Positions 1 through 13,869 are shown, counted from the whole stretch's first letter. The stretch: DNA of 63,501 nt, filler included, from Octopus bimaculoides (GCF_001194135.2; 9 parts of 9 records of this genome joined end to end with filler, not necessarily neighbours in it), one strand, 5' to 3'. Program-made: numbers and translations. Notes: generated from the letters alone by a model not told the origin.

Positions 1-172
1 TATATATATGACGGGCTTCTTTCAGTTTCCGTTTACCAAATCCACTCACAAGGCTTTGGTCGGCCCGAGGCTATAGTAGAAGACACTTGCCCAAGGTGCC
101 ACGTAGTGGGACTGAACCCGGAATCATGTTGGTCGTAAGCAAACTACTTACCACACAGCCACTCCTGCGCCT
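1..172 (-). mobile_element. SINE family A head (tRNA-derived, CORE-like; octopus OR-type)
   Basis: Reverse complement AGGCGCAGGAGTGGCTGTGTGGTAAG..GGGTTCAGTCCC..CCTTGGGCAAGTG. Confidence 0.85.
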
Positions 173-229
173 TAATAGGACACCATTATTTGATGTGTAC
201 TTTTATTTTAAAGAACATTACGGCGTAAT

Positions 230-485
230 TTGAAGATCAGGCTTTGCTTCTAGCAAATCATACAGTTAAGCTACGTCTCCGAAATCTAGTATTGGTGTTG
301 TTAATTTTGTCCTTGCAGTTTAACTGTAGGTCAGACCTATAATGAAAAGCATTCCGGCCTTGACCAATTCTTTTGTCATATGTATGGTGAATCCAGAACC
401 ATATTATCCAATGTGTCCTACTTTTGTGTGTGTATGTGTGTGTGGGAGATGTGAGGTAGATTTAGCTATTATTTTTAGCAGATCA
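230..485 (-). mobile_element. SINE-like family D fragments
   Basis: gtcagacctataat..cattcc..tgacca; attatccaatgtgtcc; gatttagctatt. Confidence 0.5.
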
Positions 486-559
486 GCAGCCATATTGAAA
501 CATCTTTGTCCGCAAGTTGTAAAACAGTGTTTTGATATTGTACATGTAGTGGCAAAGTG

Positions 560-1960
560 GTGACGTGGATTTTTTTTGCGTTGTGGTAGTCAATGTGGCG
601 GTAGTAGTATAGAAGTGTGTTGATGGTGTTTGGTAGTGTCAGTGTTGCAGTTGTTATGTGGTGGCTCTAGTGTTGTGTTTGGAGAGTTGATGGAGGTTGC
701 TGTGTGGTGGTGGAGTTGGTTTGTTGTGGTTGCGGTGTTGCAATGTGGTAGTTTTAGTGTTGTGGTTGTGATGGTGGTGGTGGTAGTAGTAGTAGTAGTG
801 AAGGTAGTGGTGGTTTTAGTGCTGTGATGGTGGTGATGGTGGTGATATTCAAAGTGGTAGTTTGTTAGGGTTTCATCACCATAATGGAATTTTTCTCCTT
901 TTCCTTCCATTTTTTTTGTTCATCGTTTTAGTCACATTGTTATCTCCCCTTGCTCCCCCTCCCTTCTCAATTTACCCATCCATCCACTCAGCTGGCCATA
1001 CCTTCATCCTTTCCATCCTTTCTCCCTTCCTCCATACATCCATCCCTCCATCCATCCATCCAGCCAGCCAGCCACCTAACCAGCCACCTAGCCAGCCATC
1101 CCCTATCCTTCCATCCGTCACAACCGCATCTAATCGCGCCATCTTTTTACATTTCTGACCACTCCGTATCCGTTCTATCTCTTTAAGCGATCATTTTGCA
1201 CGCTTAATAGAGTTACAGAACAATGTAGAGTAAATAGTGTGGTGGAAGTGGTGGTGGTAGTGGTGGCGGTGGTAGTGGTGGTGATGTTTATTTTGTGGTA
1301 GTGTGCGGATAGAATGGCGGTAGTAGTCTTGCGTTAAAGTGGTGGTGATTTTACTGTTGTGGTAGTGGTTTTCGGTGGTAGTAGTACTGGTGGTGGTGGT
1401 AGTAGCTTGGCGGTACTGTTGTAGTAGTGTGGTGGTTTTAGAGTTGAGATTGGACGGTGGTTATGGTGAGTTGGTGGTGGTAGTGGTATAGGTGGTGGTG
1501 TAGATGGTTATGGTGGTAGTGGTTGTGGTGGTGGTAGTGGAGGTGCAGATTCTTATGGTGGTGTTGGCTGTTATGGTGGGTGGTGATGGTGGTATTGTTG
1601 GAGTGAATGGTTATGGAAGTGATGATGATGTTGTTGATAGTGGCGGTTGTATTGTAGAGGTATGGTAGAGGTAATATGATAGTTATGTGCTGTTGTGCAC
1701 TGGTCAAGTGGCATAGATGTAATGGTGGTCGTGTAGTAATGGCGGGGTGGTGCCTTGGTAGACATGTGTCACTGTAGTAGTGCAAAGTTAATGGTGTAGT
1801 GTTTGTAAGTGATATAGGGGGGGGCACTAGAATTGTAGCCTAGTGTGCGATGGTGATACTGTGTTGACGTGCGATATTATACATGGGGTAGTGCTCTGTT
1901 GGTGCGTAGTGGCGGTAGTGTGGTCATACAGTAGTCCTGCTGGTGGTGGTAGTTAGTATT
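560..1960. repeat. Cryptic G/T-rich trinucleotide low-complexity tracts (GTG/GTA/TTG) around a (CCAT)n block
   Basis: Strong G+T strand skew at 560-860 and 1230-1960; (CCAT/CCAG)n near 975-1110. Confidence 0.8.
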
Positions 1961-1977
1961 AATGGCGTTCTAGCATA

Positions 1978-2135
1978 AGGCGGCGATCTGGTAGAATCGT
2001 TAATAAGCCGGGTTAACTTTGCCTTTTATCCGTTCAGGCTCGATAAAATAAATACCAGTTGAATACTAGGGTCCAATGTAACCGACTTCATTCCACCCCT
2101 CAAATTTTCTGGCCTTGCGACAAAATTTGAAACCA
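1978..2135 (+). mobile_element. SINE family B (tRNA-derived), deleted copy
   Basis: ggcggcgatctggtagaatcgtt..tttgccttttatcc..taccagtt..gccttgcg. Confidence 0.7.
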
Positions 2136-2149
2136 GTATTTATTCCCGA

Positions 2150-2406
2150 CAGCATTTTGTATCCTTGAGCAAGACACGTTACTTCACGTTGATCCAGTCC
2201 ACTCACCTGGCAAAAATACGATGTACCTGTAATTCAAATCGGCCAGCCTCGTCACATTCTGTAGTACGCTGAATGTCCCTGAGAACTACGTTCAAGGTAC
2301 ACGTGTCTGTGGAGTGTTCAACCACTTGCACGTTAGTTTCACGAGCGGATTGTACCACTGATCGGATCAACTGGAACCCTCGTCGTCGTAACCGACGGAG
2401 TACCAG
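2150..2406 (+). mobile_element. SINE-like family C
   Basis: tccttgagcaagacac..ccctgagaactacg..ctggaaccctcgtcgtcgtaaccgacggag. Confidence 0.75.
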
Positions 2407-2755
2407 ATATTATCGTTGGCACTATAATAAGCAGGAGGCCAAGGCGGCTGCTGAGAGTAGAGCCACTGCTGTTACTACAGAACCTTAATGAAGTCAACAA
2501 CCTTTTGTCACAGCATGAGAGAGACCCGTCTATGATCAGATACAACGATGGGTTTCCTCTACATGACAGCAGAGAATTAGCTGCACGTCATTGAGGACTA
2601 CCAGCTGAAGTTTTCGTAACATGTTGTAGCAACGTCGATTCGGCTAGACATAATCATCAGCTTAGTGTTGACAAAACAATAGATCAGTGATATTTAAGAA
2701 GAAATGGGCAAATTACCAGAAACTGGTGAAGAAATGCCAAGCCAGAATCAGAAAG

Positions 2756-3423
2756 GGATCTATTTTAAAACGGGGGCGCCAGTTTTCATTTATGTTTTAT
2801 GTAGTGTTTTTCGTACCGAAAGACTTTCAAACTTCGTATACTTATATATTTTGTGTTATAGAACAGAAAAATATTTTTGTATTCGAATTTATTTCATGTA
2901 AAAAATTGTCTTATTTCGATAATTTCTACTAATCACTGACGTCTATTCAGTTGAAAACAGTTAGCGCTGTATATCGTATCAATCCCCTAACCCTGACCCT
3001 AACCTAAACTAGACTGTTAACCGTAACCGTAACCCTAACCCTAACCCTAAATCTAACCCTAACTCTAGAATCCGAACTCTAAAATTGTTACACACATAGA
3101 TACGCACAGCGTAATTTATTATATAATCAATATATGCGTATAAATTACGATTAAACCGGATGATATATGTCACAGGGAATAACATTTTTATGACCGCCCA
3201 GCAGTAACTCTATTCAGCTGAATAGACGTCAGTGATTGGTTGAAATTACAGAAATACGACAACTTTAACATGGAATAACTTGCGAATTCCTTTTTTTTTT
3301 TGTTAAGAAGACTAAGAGTAAAAGCTGTTTTATATGACAAATTCTACCAGTGTCCCAAGTTTCAAAGTGTTTCGTTAGTGTTTCGTTAAGAAAATACTGG
3401 CGCCCCCGTTTTAAAATAGATCC
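2756..3423. mobile_element. MITE with 28-bp perfect TIR, ~200-bp imperfect arms, 8-bp TSD and internal (CCCTAA)n
   Basis: TIR GGATCTATTTTAAAACGGGGGCGCCAGT at 2756-2783 and 3396-3423; TSD TCAGAAAG at 2748-2755 and 3424-3431. Confidence 0.93.
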
Positions 3424-4155
3424 TCAGAAAGCATTAAGAATTCATTATAACGTCCACTCTGCAAAGTCCACACGCTACCGGACTTTACAGGAATAACAAA
3501 GTGAAAGTGAATTTAAAGAGAAAACGAAACTGCAGGGAAAACCACCAGCTGTCTTTTAGTGATGAAGATTGATCAGTAGATGCTTGTTGCCGGGATGCAT
3601 TTCGAGATCTTATCAAAGTCATATGATCGAGGCAGTTTGATGTTCACAGAGACGAAAGACGCGATGATCACAAGTCACATCACAAACGATTGTCTCATCT
3701 CATTCGCACGCACGCATGCACATATATATATACGCAAATGCAGTATAAATATATACATAAAATGTATATTTTAAAAAATGAGCCGAACGATGCTGGCTCA
3801 AGACATTCAGTGCTTAATGTCGTCTCACATGACAGTCGTTATGTCTCCCGAAACATATATATTTATGCATACACGCACGCACAAGTGTGAGAGCATGTTG
3901 ATTTTTACGTTTACTGGTGGGACTCGGTGTAGAAATGTATCCCTTTTTATAAATGAGAGTGAGAGAGAGACTGACAGACATAGAAACAGACTGATAAAAA
4001 CTGACATAGGGAGGGTAAGAAGAAATATGTTTACAGGCTGAGGAAATGGAAATGAAAGATACACGAACTTTCGAGCAAACGTGTATTTGCATTTGTTAAC
4101 CCAGTGTATATTATGTGTGTATATGTGTGCACTAGATATGTTGCTTGGAAAGCTG

Positions 4156-4243
<88 letters not shown>

Positions 4244-4688
4244 TGTGTATGAGAGGATGCGAAAGATAAAAAATGCCTGGAAGGCCGCAGAATTAATTGA
4301 ATGAATGAACGGACAACTTGCATCATTAGTGGCCGATGTTGATCCATCTGTACTTTAACAGACGGTCCGTGCCTTGTTGGTTATTTTTCTATCATCAGAT
4401 CGTATTATAAAGATTGTTAACTTACATGTCTAGATCAAAATGTTTGCCGGCCGTTAAAACATTGGCCAGAACCGCATAATAGTAGCGTTGGTTCTGAAAA
4501 CAACTGATGGAATCATGTATGAATGAATGTATGAAAATATAAGTTGGAAGATCGTAATAATGAGTGATGTTTGAGAAAGTCAACAAGACTGCCGCCATTT
4601 TGTCTCATTGTGCCGTATGTTTGGTTGCCAGGATTCGCAACTATCTTTGCACGTAACTAAGAACTGTATTTGTACATACATACTTGTA

Positions 4689-4723
<35 letters not shown>

Positions 4724-4724
4724 T

Positions 4725-4812
4725 ATTTTATTCTTTTACTTGTTTCAGTCATTTGACTGCGGCCATGCTGGATCACCGCCTTTAGTCGAGCAAATCGATT
4801 TCAGGACTTACT
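4725..4812 (-). mobile_element. SINE family A 3' tail fragment
   Basis: tacttgtttcagtcatttgactgcggccatgctgga. Confidence 0.75.
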
Positions 4813-5058
4813 TAGAACGACCAAACCGACTGAGCTGCTCGCGTAAAATATGTTCAATATCTCTGGATGTGTGTTTGTGTGTGAATGTATGTGCACATAA
4901 ACATATGTTTATATATACACACAAGTTCATGAATTATATGCATATATATATNNNNNNNNNNNNNNNNNNNNNNNNNNNNNNNNNNNNNNNNNNNNNNNNN
5001 NNNNNNNNNNNNNNNNNNNNNNNNNNNNNNNNNNNNNNNNNNNNNNNNNNNNNNNNNN

Positions 5059-5099
<41 letters not shown>

Positions 5100-5100
<1 letters not shown>

Positions 5101-5490
5101 GGCGCAGGAATCACTGTGTGGTAAGAAGCTTGCTTCCTAACCACGTGGTTTCGGGTTCAGTCCCACTGCGTGACACCTCGGGCAAGTGTCTCTTACTATA
5201 GCCTCGGGGTGACCAAAGCCTTGTGAGTGGATTTGGTAGACGGAAACTGAAAGAACCCACCCGTATATATATGTGCGTTTGTGTGTGTGTGTGTCCCCTC
5301 ATCATCTCTTAACAACCGATGTTGGTATGTTTACAACCCTGTAACTTAACGGTTCGGCCAAAGAGACCAATAGAATAAATACTAGGCTTATACAAAGAAT
5401 ATGTCCTAGGGTCGAATTGTTCGACTAAAGGCGTTGATTCTGCATGGCCGCGGTCAAATGACTGAAGCAAGGAAAAGAAAAAAGAAAAAA
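5100..5490 (+). mobile_element. SINE family A, full length
   Basis: Head, internal (TA/TG)n, and tail ending gactgaagcaagg-aaaag. Confidence 0.88.
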
Positions 5491-5504
5491 GTATTTGAAA
5501 TTGC

Positions 5505-5790
5505 GTGGGTCAGTGCTTTGGGTATTCGGCAGACGATCGTAAAGTTGTGAGTTCGAAAACGATGGCGCTTTGTGTCATTGAACAAGAGACTTCATTAAAC
5601 GTTGCTCACATCCACTCAGCTGGTAAGAACGAGTAGTACTCGTAATTCAAAGTACCAGCCTTGCCACACTGAATCTCCCCGAGAACTACGTGAAGAGTAC
5701 GTGTCTCTGTGAAGTGCTCAACGTTAATTTCACGAGCAGGCGGTTCCGTTGATCAGATCAGCTGGAACACTCGTGTTCGTTACCGACAGT
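5505..5790 (+). mobile_element. SINE-like family C
   Basis: Same body as 2150-2406, with a tRNA-like head (gagttcga). Confidence 0.75.
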
Positions 5791-6875
5791 ACCGGGTTTT
5801 TTGTGTGTGTGTGTGTGTATTGATGGAAGAAGGTACCATGAGGTACGGATGTCTTGGAATATGTGTATCAGCAGCCTGAGTTTTGCTTCTATGAAACAAG
5901 CAACATTTTCGAATTATTGTTTGCTTCTGAATATGTCCATTGTGCCTATTGTGAATATATATATATATATATGTATGTATATATACACGGCTCTTGTTTA
6001 GTGATTCGTGAGTGTAATACAATAAACAGCTTTTGCTCCAATACTTCTCGTTCGACAAATTGATCTTTATCTGCCTTACCGTGGGGAGTATATCTGAACC
6101 GAATAATCTGATCTTTTTCACTGAACAGCTGACCAATGTTCAATACAGAGGCTACAACATGCATAGGCACCGTATTGACGTATTCCAACGAATACACTCA
6201 CACGCATGTATGTATGTATATATATATATATATATATTTATATACATATGTATATATATATGTATANNNNNNNNNNNNNNNNNNNNNNNNNNNNNNNNNN
6301 NNNNNNNNNNNNNNNNNNNNNNNNNNNNNNNNNNNNNNNNNNNNNNNNNNNNNNNNNNNNNNNNNNNNNNNNNNNNNNNNNNNNNNNNNNNNNNNNNNNN
6401 NNNNNNNNNNNNNNNNNNNNNNNNNNNNNNNNNNNNNNNNNNNNNNNNNNNNNNNNNNNNNNNNNNNNNNNNNNNNNNNNNNNNNNNNNNNNNNNNNNNN
6501 NNNNNNNNNNNNNNNNNNNNNNNNNNNNNNNNNNNNNNNNNNNNNNNNNNNNNNNNNNNNNNNNNNNNNNNNNNNNNNNNNNNNNNNNNNNNNNNNNNNN
6601 NNNNNNNNNNNNNNNNNNNNNNNNNNNNNNNNNNNNNNNNNNNNNNNNNNNNNNNNNNNNNNNNNNNNNNNNNNNNNNNNNNNNNNNNNNNNNNNNNNNN
6701 NNNNNNNNNNNNNNNNNNNNNNNNNNNNNNNNNNNNNNNNNNNNNNNNNNNNNNNNNNNNNNNNNNNNNNNNNNNNNNNNNNNNNNNNNNNNNNNNNNNN
6801 NNNNNNNNNNNNNNNNNNNNNNNNNNNNNNNNNNNNNNNNNNNNNNNNNNNNNNNNNNNNNNNNNNNNNNNNNNN

Positions 6876-6931
<56 letters not shown>

Positions 6932-7306
6932 TCACATACGTGCACATAAAGTGAACAACAAAAGAAAAGTCGCACACATACAAAACAGAAACCGGTTTAT
7001 TATCAGACTGGCATAGCATTGACTGAAGAGAGCTAATTAAGGAACTTAGCTTTCCTAATGATAAAAGGTCATTTCCGAAAGATGTTTGACGTCACATGGT
7101 ATCACGTGATGACGAAGTGTCTTGGATTCAAAGAGATGAACTCAATGTCACACCGTTAGCGTTGATTACAATTAGGCATCTTCTGCACATTGAATGCATA
7201 TTTTTACAGATAAATTCCTCGAGGTCTCCTTCTCTCTTTTGTTGTCCTTCCTAGCAATATATATATATATATATATATATATGGATAGATAGATAGATAT
7301 ATGGAG

Positions 7307-7372
<66 letters not shown>

Positions 7373-7773
7373 GACATATATATATATTTATGAATAGCTA
7401 CGCATATATACATATGTATGCATGTACATAACGTGTTTAACTTTATATCAGAGCCGCTGGTCTATTGGTGCAATTTTCTAATATGCTCCAATACATTCCA
7501 TGATACCAATAACCCAGTGACTCTATAGTTTCCCTGGAAATGAGGGGTGTGCTTCTAGCTGTTTGGATTGAATGGATTAATTTGATGAAGACAGAATATG
7601 AGCTTATTGAAGGTGTTATACAAAGAATCTTTATAATCAATGATTCCACATCCATCATACAAAACGTACGATGGATAGATATTAGAAGAACATGAGTTTT
7701 ACAGCCAATAGTTTCTCCGATATATGGTTCGTTCTTTATATCTTTCGTAGGGCTTACAATACCAAGAGTACAA

Positions 7774-7805
<32 letters not shown>

Positions 7806-7960
7806 TTCTTTTCTACTCTTGGCACGAGGCCCGACATTTTTGAGGAGTGGTGCCAGTCGATTACATCGACCCAGTACACAGAAAGGATGAAAGGCAAAGT
7901 AGACCTCGGTGGAATTTGAACTCAGAGCATAAAGACAGACGAAATACCGATATGCATTTC
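7806..7960 (-). mobile_element. SINE family B
   Basis: aaaggatgaaaggcaaagtagacctcggtggaatttgaactcag. Confidence 0.8.
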
Positions 7961-8004
7961 GCCATATATATATACGTACGTACGTACATACAAATGAGAC
8001 TGTG

Positions 8005-8312
8005 CGTGGCTTGGTGATTAGGTTATTCAGCTCGCGATCTTAGAATCGCGTGTTCGATTACCGGTGGTGCGTTGTGTCTTTCAGAAAAATACTTTATTCC
8101 ACGGTCCAGTCAAATGATAAATAGCAGTAGTGTCGGTATTTCAAGGTACCAGCTTTGTCACACTCTGTGTCACGTTGAATCTCCCAGATAAGTATGTGAA
8201 GGGATACACGTCTCTGTGGAGTGCTCAGCCACTTGCACGTTTATCTCACAAGGAAGTTGTTCCGTTGGTCGGATCAATTGGAACCCACATCGTCGTAAGC
8301 GACGGAGTGCCA
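8005..8312 (+). mobile_element. SINE-like family C
   Basis: gtggcttggtg..gttcgatt..cgtcgtaagcgacggagtgcc. Confidence 0.75.
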
Positions 8313-8827
8313 GTACGCACATACATAGTAATTCGTGTGTCCAAACAGATGAACGACTGTTACTGTTAACTTTAGAGCTCGACGTAGATTATTATCAACC
8401 AGTTCGCATCAGTATAGTGCTTCAGCAATTACTATAGTTTGTGGCATTACTGGTTATTATACACAAAGCAAATGTAGGAGAAGTTTGGATAAAAACAATT
8501 TTATATCATTTGTTCTTACGTTCGTTTCACAACTGCGGTTGTTTGGAACACTGCAGCGGATTGGAAACTTGACCACAACGGATCATCAGGGGTACATTTT
8601 ATGGAATTATGGTACGAAGAACGAAAGTCGTATATAGCGACATATATATGTTTTTGTTCATGCGTGCGTGCTTGTATATTTATGTTTGTGTCAGTGTGTT
8701 CGCGTGTCTAGGCATGTTGTTTGTATGTGTGTATAAATACGAACGCTCTCCTATTTTGTGTTGCATGTTTCTATGAGGGCGTATGCTAACATATGAGTGT
8801 ATGTACATATATGTGTGTGTGTGTATG

Positions 8828-8871
<44 letters not shown>

Positions 8872-9131
8872 NNNNNNNNNNNNNNNNNNNNNNNNNNNNN
8901 NNNNNNNNNNNNNNNNNNNNNNNNNNNNNNNNNNNNNNNNNNNNNNNNNNNNNNNNNNNNNNNNNNNNNNNNNNNNNNNNNNNNNNNNNNNNNNNNNNNN
9001 NNNNNNNNNNNNNNNNNNNNNNNNNNNNNNNNNNNNNNNNNNNNNNNNNNNNNNNNNNNNNNNNNNNNNNNNNNNNNNNNNNNNNNNNNNNNNNNNNNNN
9101 NNNNNNNNNNNNNNNNNNNNNNNNNNNNNNN

Positions 9132-9197
<66 letters not shown>

Positions 9198-9539
9198 AAA
9201 GTCTATCAGTGTTTTTATCTGTGTAGATCAACAATCAATAAAAACATCTCTTGCGTAGATGACTATCACAGTTCGAATGATGAAGTTAATCAAGTTGTTA
9301 TTTTCCGACACTAATTGAAGCTAATTTCCTGCCGACATTTTCAGAAGGAAAAAAATGAAAGAAAGAAAGAAACCACAGAGGTATAAAAATCGCAAGAAAG
9401 ACCGAAAAAATGTAACATTTAGTGATGTGCATGAGAAACCGGATAGGTTTTTAAACCCGGAGGCCTTGTTTCGATTTCATTCATATTCTTATTCATTCAT
9501 TCTTTCCTGGCGTGTTTCTCGCTATCCATTGCTTTAATC

Positions 9540-9706
9540 TTTATCTTTCGCTCATTTACTTGCTTTAGACTGTGGCCATGCTGGAATACTGCCTTGAACG
9601 CTATTTTAAAGTCCGGTACTTATCCTATATCGATATATCTTGCCGATTTGCTACGTTACGGGGAAACAAACCAACACCGGTTGTCAAGTGATGGTTGGGG
9701 ACCCCA

Positions 9707-9746
<40 letters not shown>

Positions 9747-10030
9747 NNNNNNNNNNNNNNNNNNNNNNNNNNNNNNNNNNNNNNNNNNNNNNNNNNNNNN
9801 NNNNNNNNNNNNNNNNNNNNNNNNNNNNNNNNNNNNNNNNNNNNNNNNNNNNNNNNNNNNNNNNNNNNNNNNNNNNNNNNNNNNNNNNNNNNNNNTGCTT
9901 ACCAACCACATGGTTCTGTTTTCAGTCCCACTGCGTGGCACCTTGGGCAAGTGTCTTCTACTATAGCCTCGGGCCGACCAAGGCCTTGTGAGTGGATTTC
10001 GTAGAGGGAAACTGAAAGAAACCCGTCGTA
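9540..10030. mobile_element. SINE family A tail (-) and head (+) on either side of a gap
   Basis: Tail 9540-9720, head 9896-10030, by similarity to 5100-5490. Confidence 0.8.
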
Positions 10031-10575
10031 TATCTGTATATATATATATTCGTCATTATCATGTCGATCTTTCGTTCATTCACCTTTTCTTACCGACGGT
10101 TTCACCCTTCATTCCTTCCTTCCTTCCCCCTTCATTGCACACCCTCTTAATTTTTTCTCTCTTCATTTCTTTTATATCAGATATAAAACTGTACTTCACC
10201 GATTATCTTTTCTTGGTTCCTCTCTGATACATTTCATATCTTCTTTCTTTTTCCTTTCTTTTATTTCGTTATCCATTTGAATTTAGTTTTACTATTCCGC
10301 GTGCCTTATCCGCTTTCTTTCTCTCTCTCTCTCTTTCTCTCTCTTTCCCTCTTAATTCCCTCTTCCTCTCCCTCCCATTCCCTTCATTCATTCATTTTCT
10401 TCACTTTTAATCACCCTTTCTTTTCTATTTCTCCATTTCTTCAACTTTTATAACTTCCTTTACTTTCACTATAATTACACCTCGTCTTTTTTCTCCTTTC
10501 GTCGACAAATAAAAAACATAGATTACTTCATAGCCTTCTTAGATTCTTAGACTGATGGCAATAACCCAGAAAGGG

Positions 10576-10622
10576 CCTGCACACCCAGCGAAGACCTGCA
10601 CACCCAGCGAAGACCTGCACAC
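10576..10622. repeat. 19-bp tandem duplication (2.5 units)
   Basis: CCTGCACACCCAGCGAAGA x2 plus a partial unit. Confidence 0.9.
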
Positions 10623-10664
10623 TAACTGAATTCAGTAAAGGAGTACTGGAATCGTTATTATGTC

Positions 10665-11020
10665 ACTGAAGGCAGAATCGTTAGCACGGTGGTCGAAATA
10701 CTTAGCAGTATTACGTCTGCTTTTAGGTTATAGGTTCAAATTCCGCTGAGGTTGACTTCACCTTTCAACTTTCAGGTTCGATAAATTCAGTACCAGTGAA
10801 AAACTGGGGTCGATATAATCGACTCTTCCCCTCCCCACAAAATTTCAGGCCTTGTGCCTTTAGTAGAAAGTTCATTATGTCATTGAAGGCGGTGTACTGG
10901 CAGAATCCTTAGCACGTCGGACAAAATGCTTAGCTTCATTTCTTGCGGCTCTTTATGTTCTGAATTCAAATTCTTCAGAGGTTGACTTTGCCTTTCTGCC
11001 TTTCCGGGTTGATAAACTAA
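10665..11020 (+). mobile_element. Two tandem SINE family B copies
   Basis: ggcagaatcgttagcac at ~10672 and ~10899, each followed by ttcaaatt..gaggttgact. Confidence 0.8.
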
Positions 11021-12214
11021 AGAACCAGCCCTCCCAGTCCTTGTGCTTATAGTAATAAGATTTATGCTGCTCTTGTTGTTTTGTATATTCCTAACAATAT
11101 ATACATACATATACAAATATAGACACGCATGCACATATATGTGTGCGTGAAATTGGGTGACCTGAGAGTTCCAGCAGCCGTAACAGACGATTCTCGACTG
11201 TCAACGATATAATGTTGCTTTTATGCACCACAGGCCCTCGTGAGATATTCCCTCAAGGGAAATAGCACAGTATTCTGTGTTCTGGCATATCCTCCACAAT
11301 AAGTTCGTATTCAAGATTACCCTTTGGAATTAATACTGTTTCAGTCGGTGTTAATTTTTTGTTTATAACTATGTATTATGTTTATAACACACACACACAC
11401 ACACTAATAGATAGATAGATAGATAGACAGATAGACAGATAAATAGATAGATAGACTACCTCTCACTTTACCGTACTCAATTTACTACATTTCTTCTCAT
11501 TATCCTTAAAACTTTCTCTTTTTTCCGCTCTTTCTTTTTCATCCTCTCTTTCACCATATTTTTTCAGTTTTACTCCCAACTCATTCACCCTATATCGCTG
11601 TGCTCCACGCTTTTTCCGATTTTCGTTTTCTTCCTCCCTTTCCTTTCTGTTTCAACGATAATTCGGTCAGTTCTGCAAGGAACGAGATAATGCAATATAG
11701 TACTGTTCATTCCAACGTTGTTTCATTGTTATATTGAATCTATTGATCGGAATCAGGGATTTTCCCGTTTCCTGATAAAACAGAAAACTGTGTTAAGAGT
11801 ACAGCAACTACTACATTACATGTCACTAAACATTTAGGCTAAAATTCTCCATACCGACCGATATATAGAATTAACACGGTTCCTCCGAACAGAGATACCA
11901 AAGTCAGGAATATTTATATAATATGGTTCCCCGAACGACAAACCGTATTATACGAAGATTCCGATATAGGAAAATTAGATATCGTTCCTTGCTTTTGATT
12001 ACCCATTCCAGTCCTGAATGTCCTATGGGATTTGTCTGACATCCATAGTTGTCTATAGTTCTGCCTGTCTAGACTCGATTCTACACCCTCCCATATAAGT
12101 CAGCGGTTATTATGAGGAGTCTGTTGGATGTCAAAATTCAAGCGAGCATGGCACGGTCATCTCTAACGCTGCTACGAAATATGTGGTTTTTACCGTAACT
12201 ACATACGAATTTTA

Positions 12215-12293
<79 letters not shown>

Positions 12294-13869
12294 ACAAGAA
12301 TTGTGGATGAGAGTAACGCGTGGTTAGATCCTGGGGTATTGACTTCTGAAATCCAGTTTCGATTGGTGATAGAAATAGATTCTCTTGAATATGAAATTAA
12401 CGGTTTCACATGTAACGTGATATACGCATGAAAAAACGCGGAGTGAGAGAGAGAGAGACTATTAGAGTGGGGGAAATTTGCTTTGAATGAAGGAAACTAA
12501 CTACAGGCAGAAGGAAGACTCTTCAGGGAGTGCACAACAAGCTGTTGGATCACATCTATTAAAAAAACAAAACAAAGCAAAACAAGACTCTTTAATTTAC
12601 AAGTTCATAGGTAAGCAATTTGTTTCAAATTACTATTTGGTTCTTTTGGCTCAGTCGTTTCTTTTTTTATGTGAGTTTTTAGAGACAGTTTCAGCCGACT
12701 GTTTGGAACTTAATTGCATTTATGTGAAGTTAACATAAACTGGCTGTGAAAAGTCGATCATTTCGCTACAAATGTATCCAAATTCTCTCATAAATCTCCC
12801 TCAGATCTCACTAAGCGTTTTAAGAATAAAAAGAAGTCTTGTTGCATCCCGATGTCTTGGATAAAACTTGATCACATTTGATAAGACGTCTACTTGAACA
12901 AGCTTGGTCTATTACCAAACTTCAAAAACAATATTAACAGCAACTTCGATAAATGTATCCCAGGATTAAAAGCATTTATGTTTTTCATTTTTTGATAAAT
13001 CATTTTGTGCTGTTGCTCATTAGATCCTGGTTACTTTCATTGAGCATATATTTTATCAGTGACGTTCCAGATGCCTTTTTGTAAGGCTATGATTTCATTA
13101 ATATTGTCTTTTTGTTTCTGTAGTTTTTGAATTGCCTTTATTGTACTAAATTTTGCAATGTAAAGTTTCTAATCTTTGATATGGAGGGTTTAATTGGGGT
13201 AAATTAAGTTTGCGATGTCGGGTGGTGACAAAGAAGCACCTTCGTCGAAAATTGTCAGATGGTGGTGTTTATTCAGAAAGAGTCTTAAAACTAGAATTCA
13301 AAGATTCTCATCGCGAATCATCAGAGAACATTTGTGATAGACTTTTTTTCCCCCCGAAAATACTCGTTACATTATGAATTTATTTTCTACTGAGCAACAC
13401 AGAATGAATGATTTCTGAAATAAGAGAAGCGTAGATAGAACAAAGTACGAAACGGCGGCGGAAGAACGAAGGCAGTCTAATATTGATCCAGTTTTTGTGA
13501 AATATTGATGTGAAATATACTCCATCATGTATAGACTATGTTTCCTTTCCACACTACTGAAGCGTAAATCTGATGTATTTACAATTATTATATTTTCATT
13601 ATATTTTAAAAGCATCTGAAACTGTATTGCTTCCATACTTATCCGAAGGTCATTGTTCCTTTTTAAAATTCTTTTCATTTCTCCTTCGTTCTTCAGTTCT
13701 GTCTGTCTCTCTGTCCCTGTCTCCCACTCTCTCTCTCTCCCTCTCTGTATGTATATATATATATGTATATATATACATACATGCATACATACATACATAC
13801 TCACAGATATATATGCATAGTATGCGTATAAATATGTATATATACGCACATATATATCTTATAATTATT

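Noticed and set aside
2994-3070. Possible true telomere or chromosome-fusion scar
   Set aside because: Short, degenerate, and enclosed in a TIR/TSD-bounded element.
5100-5170. tRNA-like A/B boxes in many repeats
   Set aside because: They are SINE heads continuing into SINE bodies, not tRNA genes.
7514-7692. IIQNVRWID resembling the M13 WMD segment
   Set aside because: No supporting splice sites, an immediate stop, and too weak a similarity.
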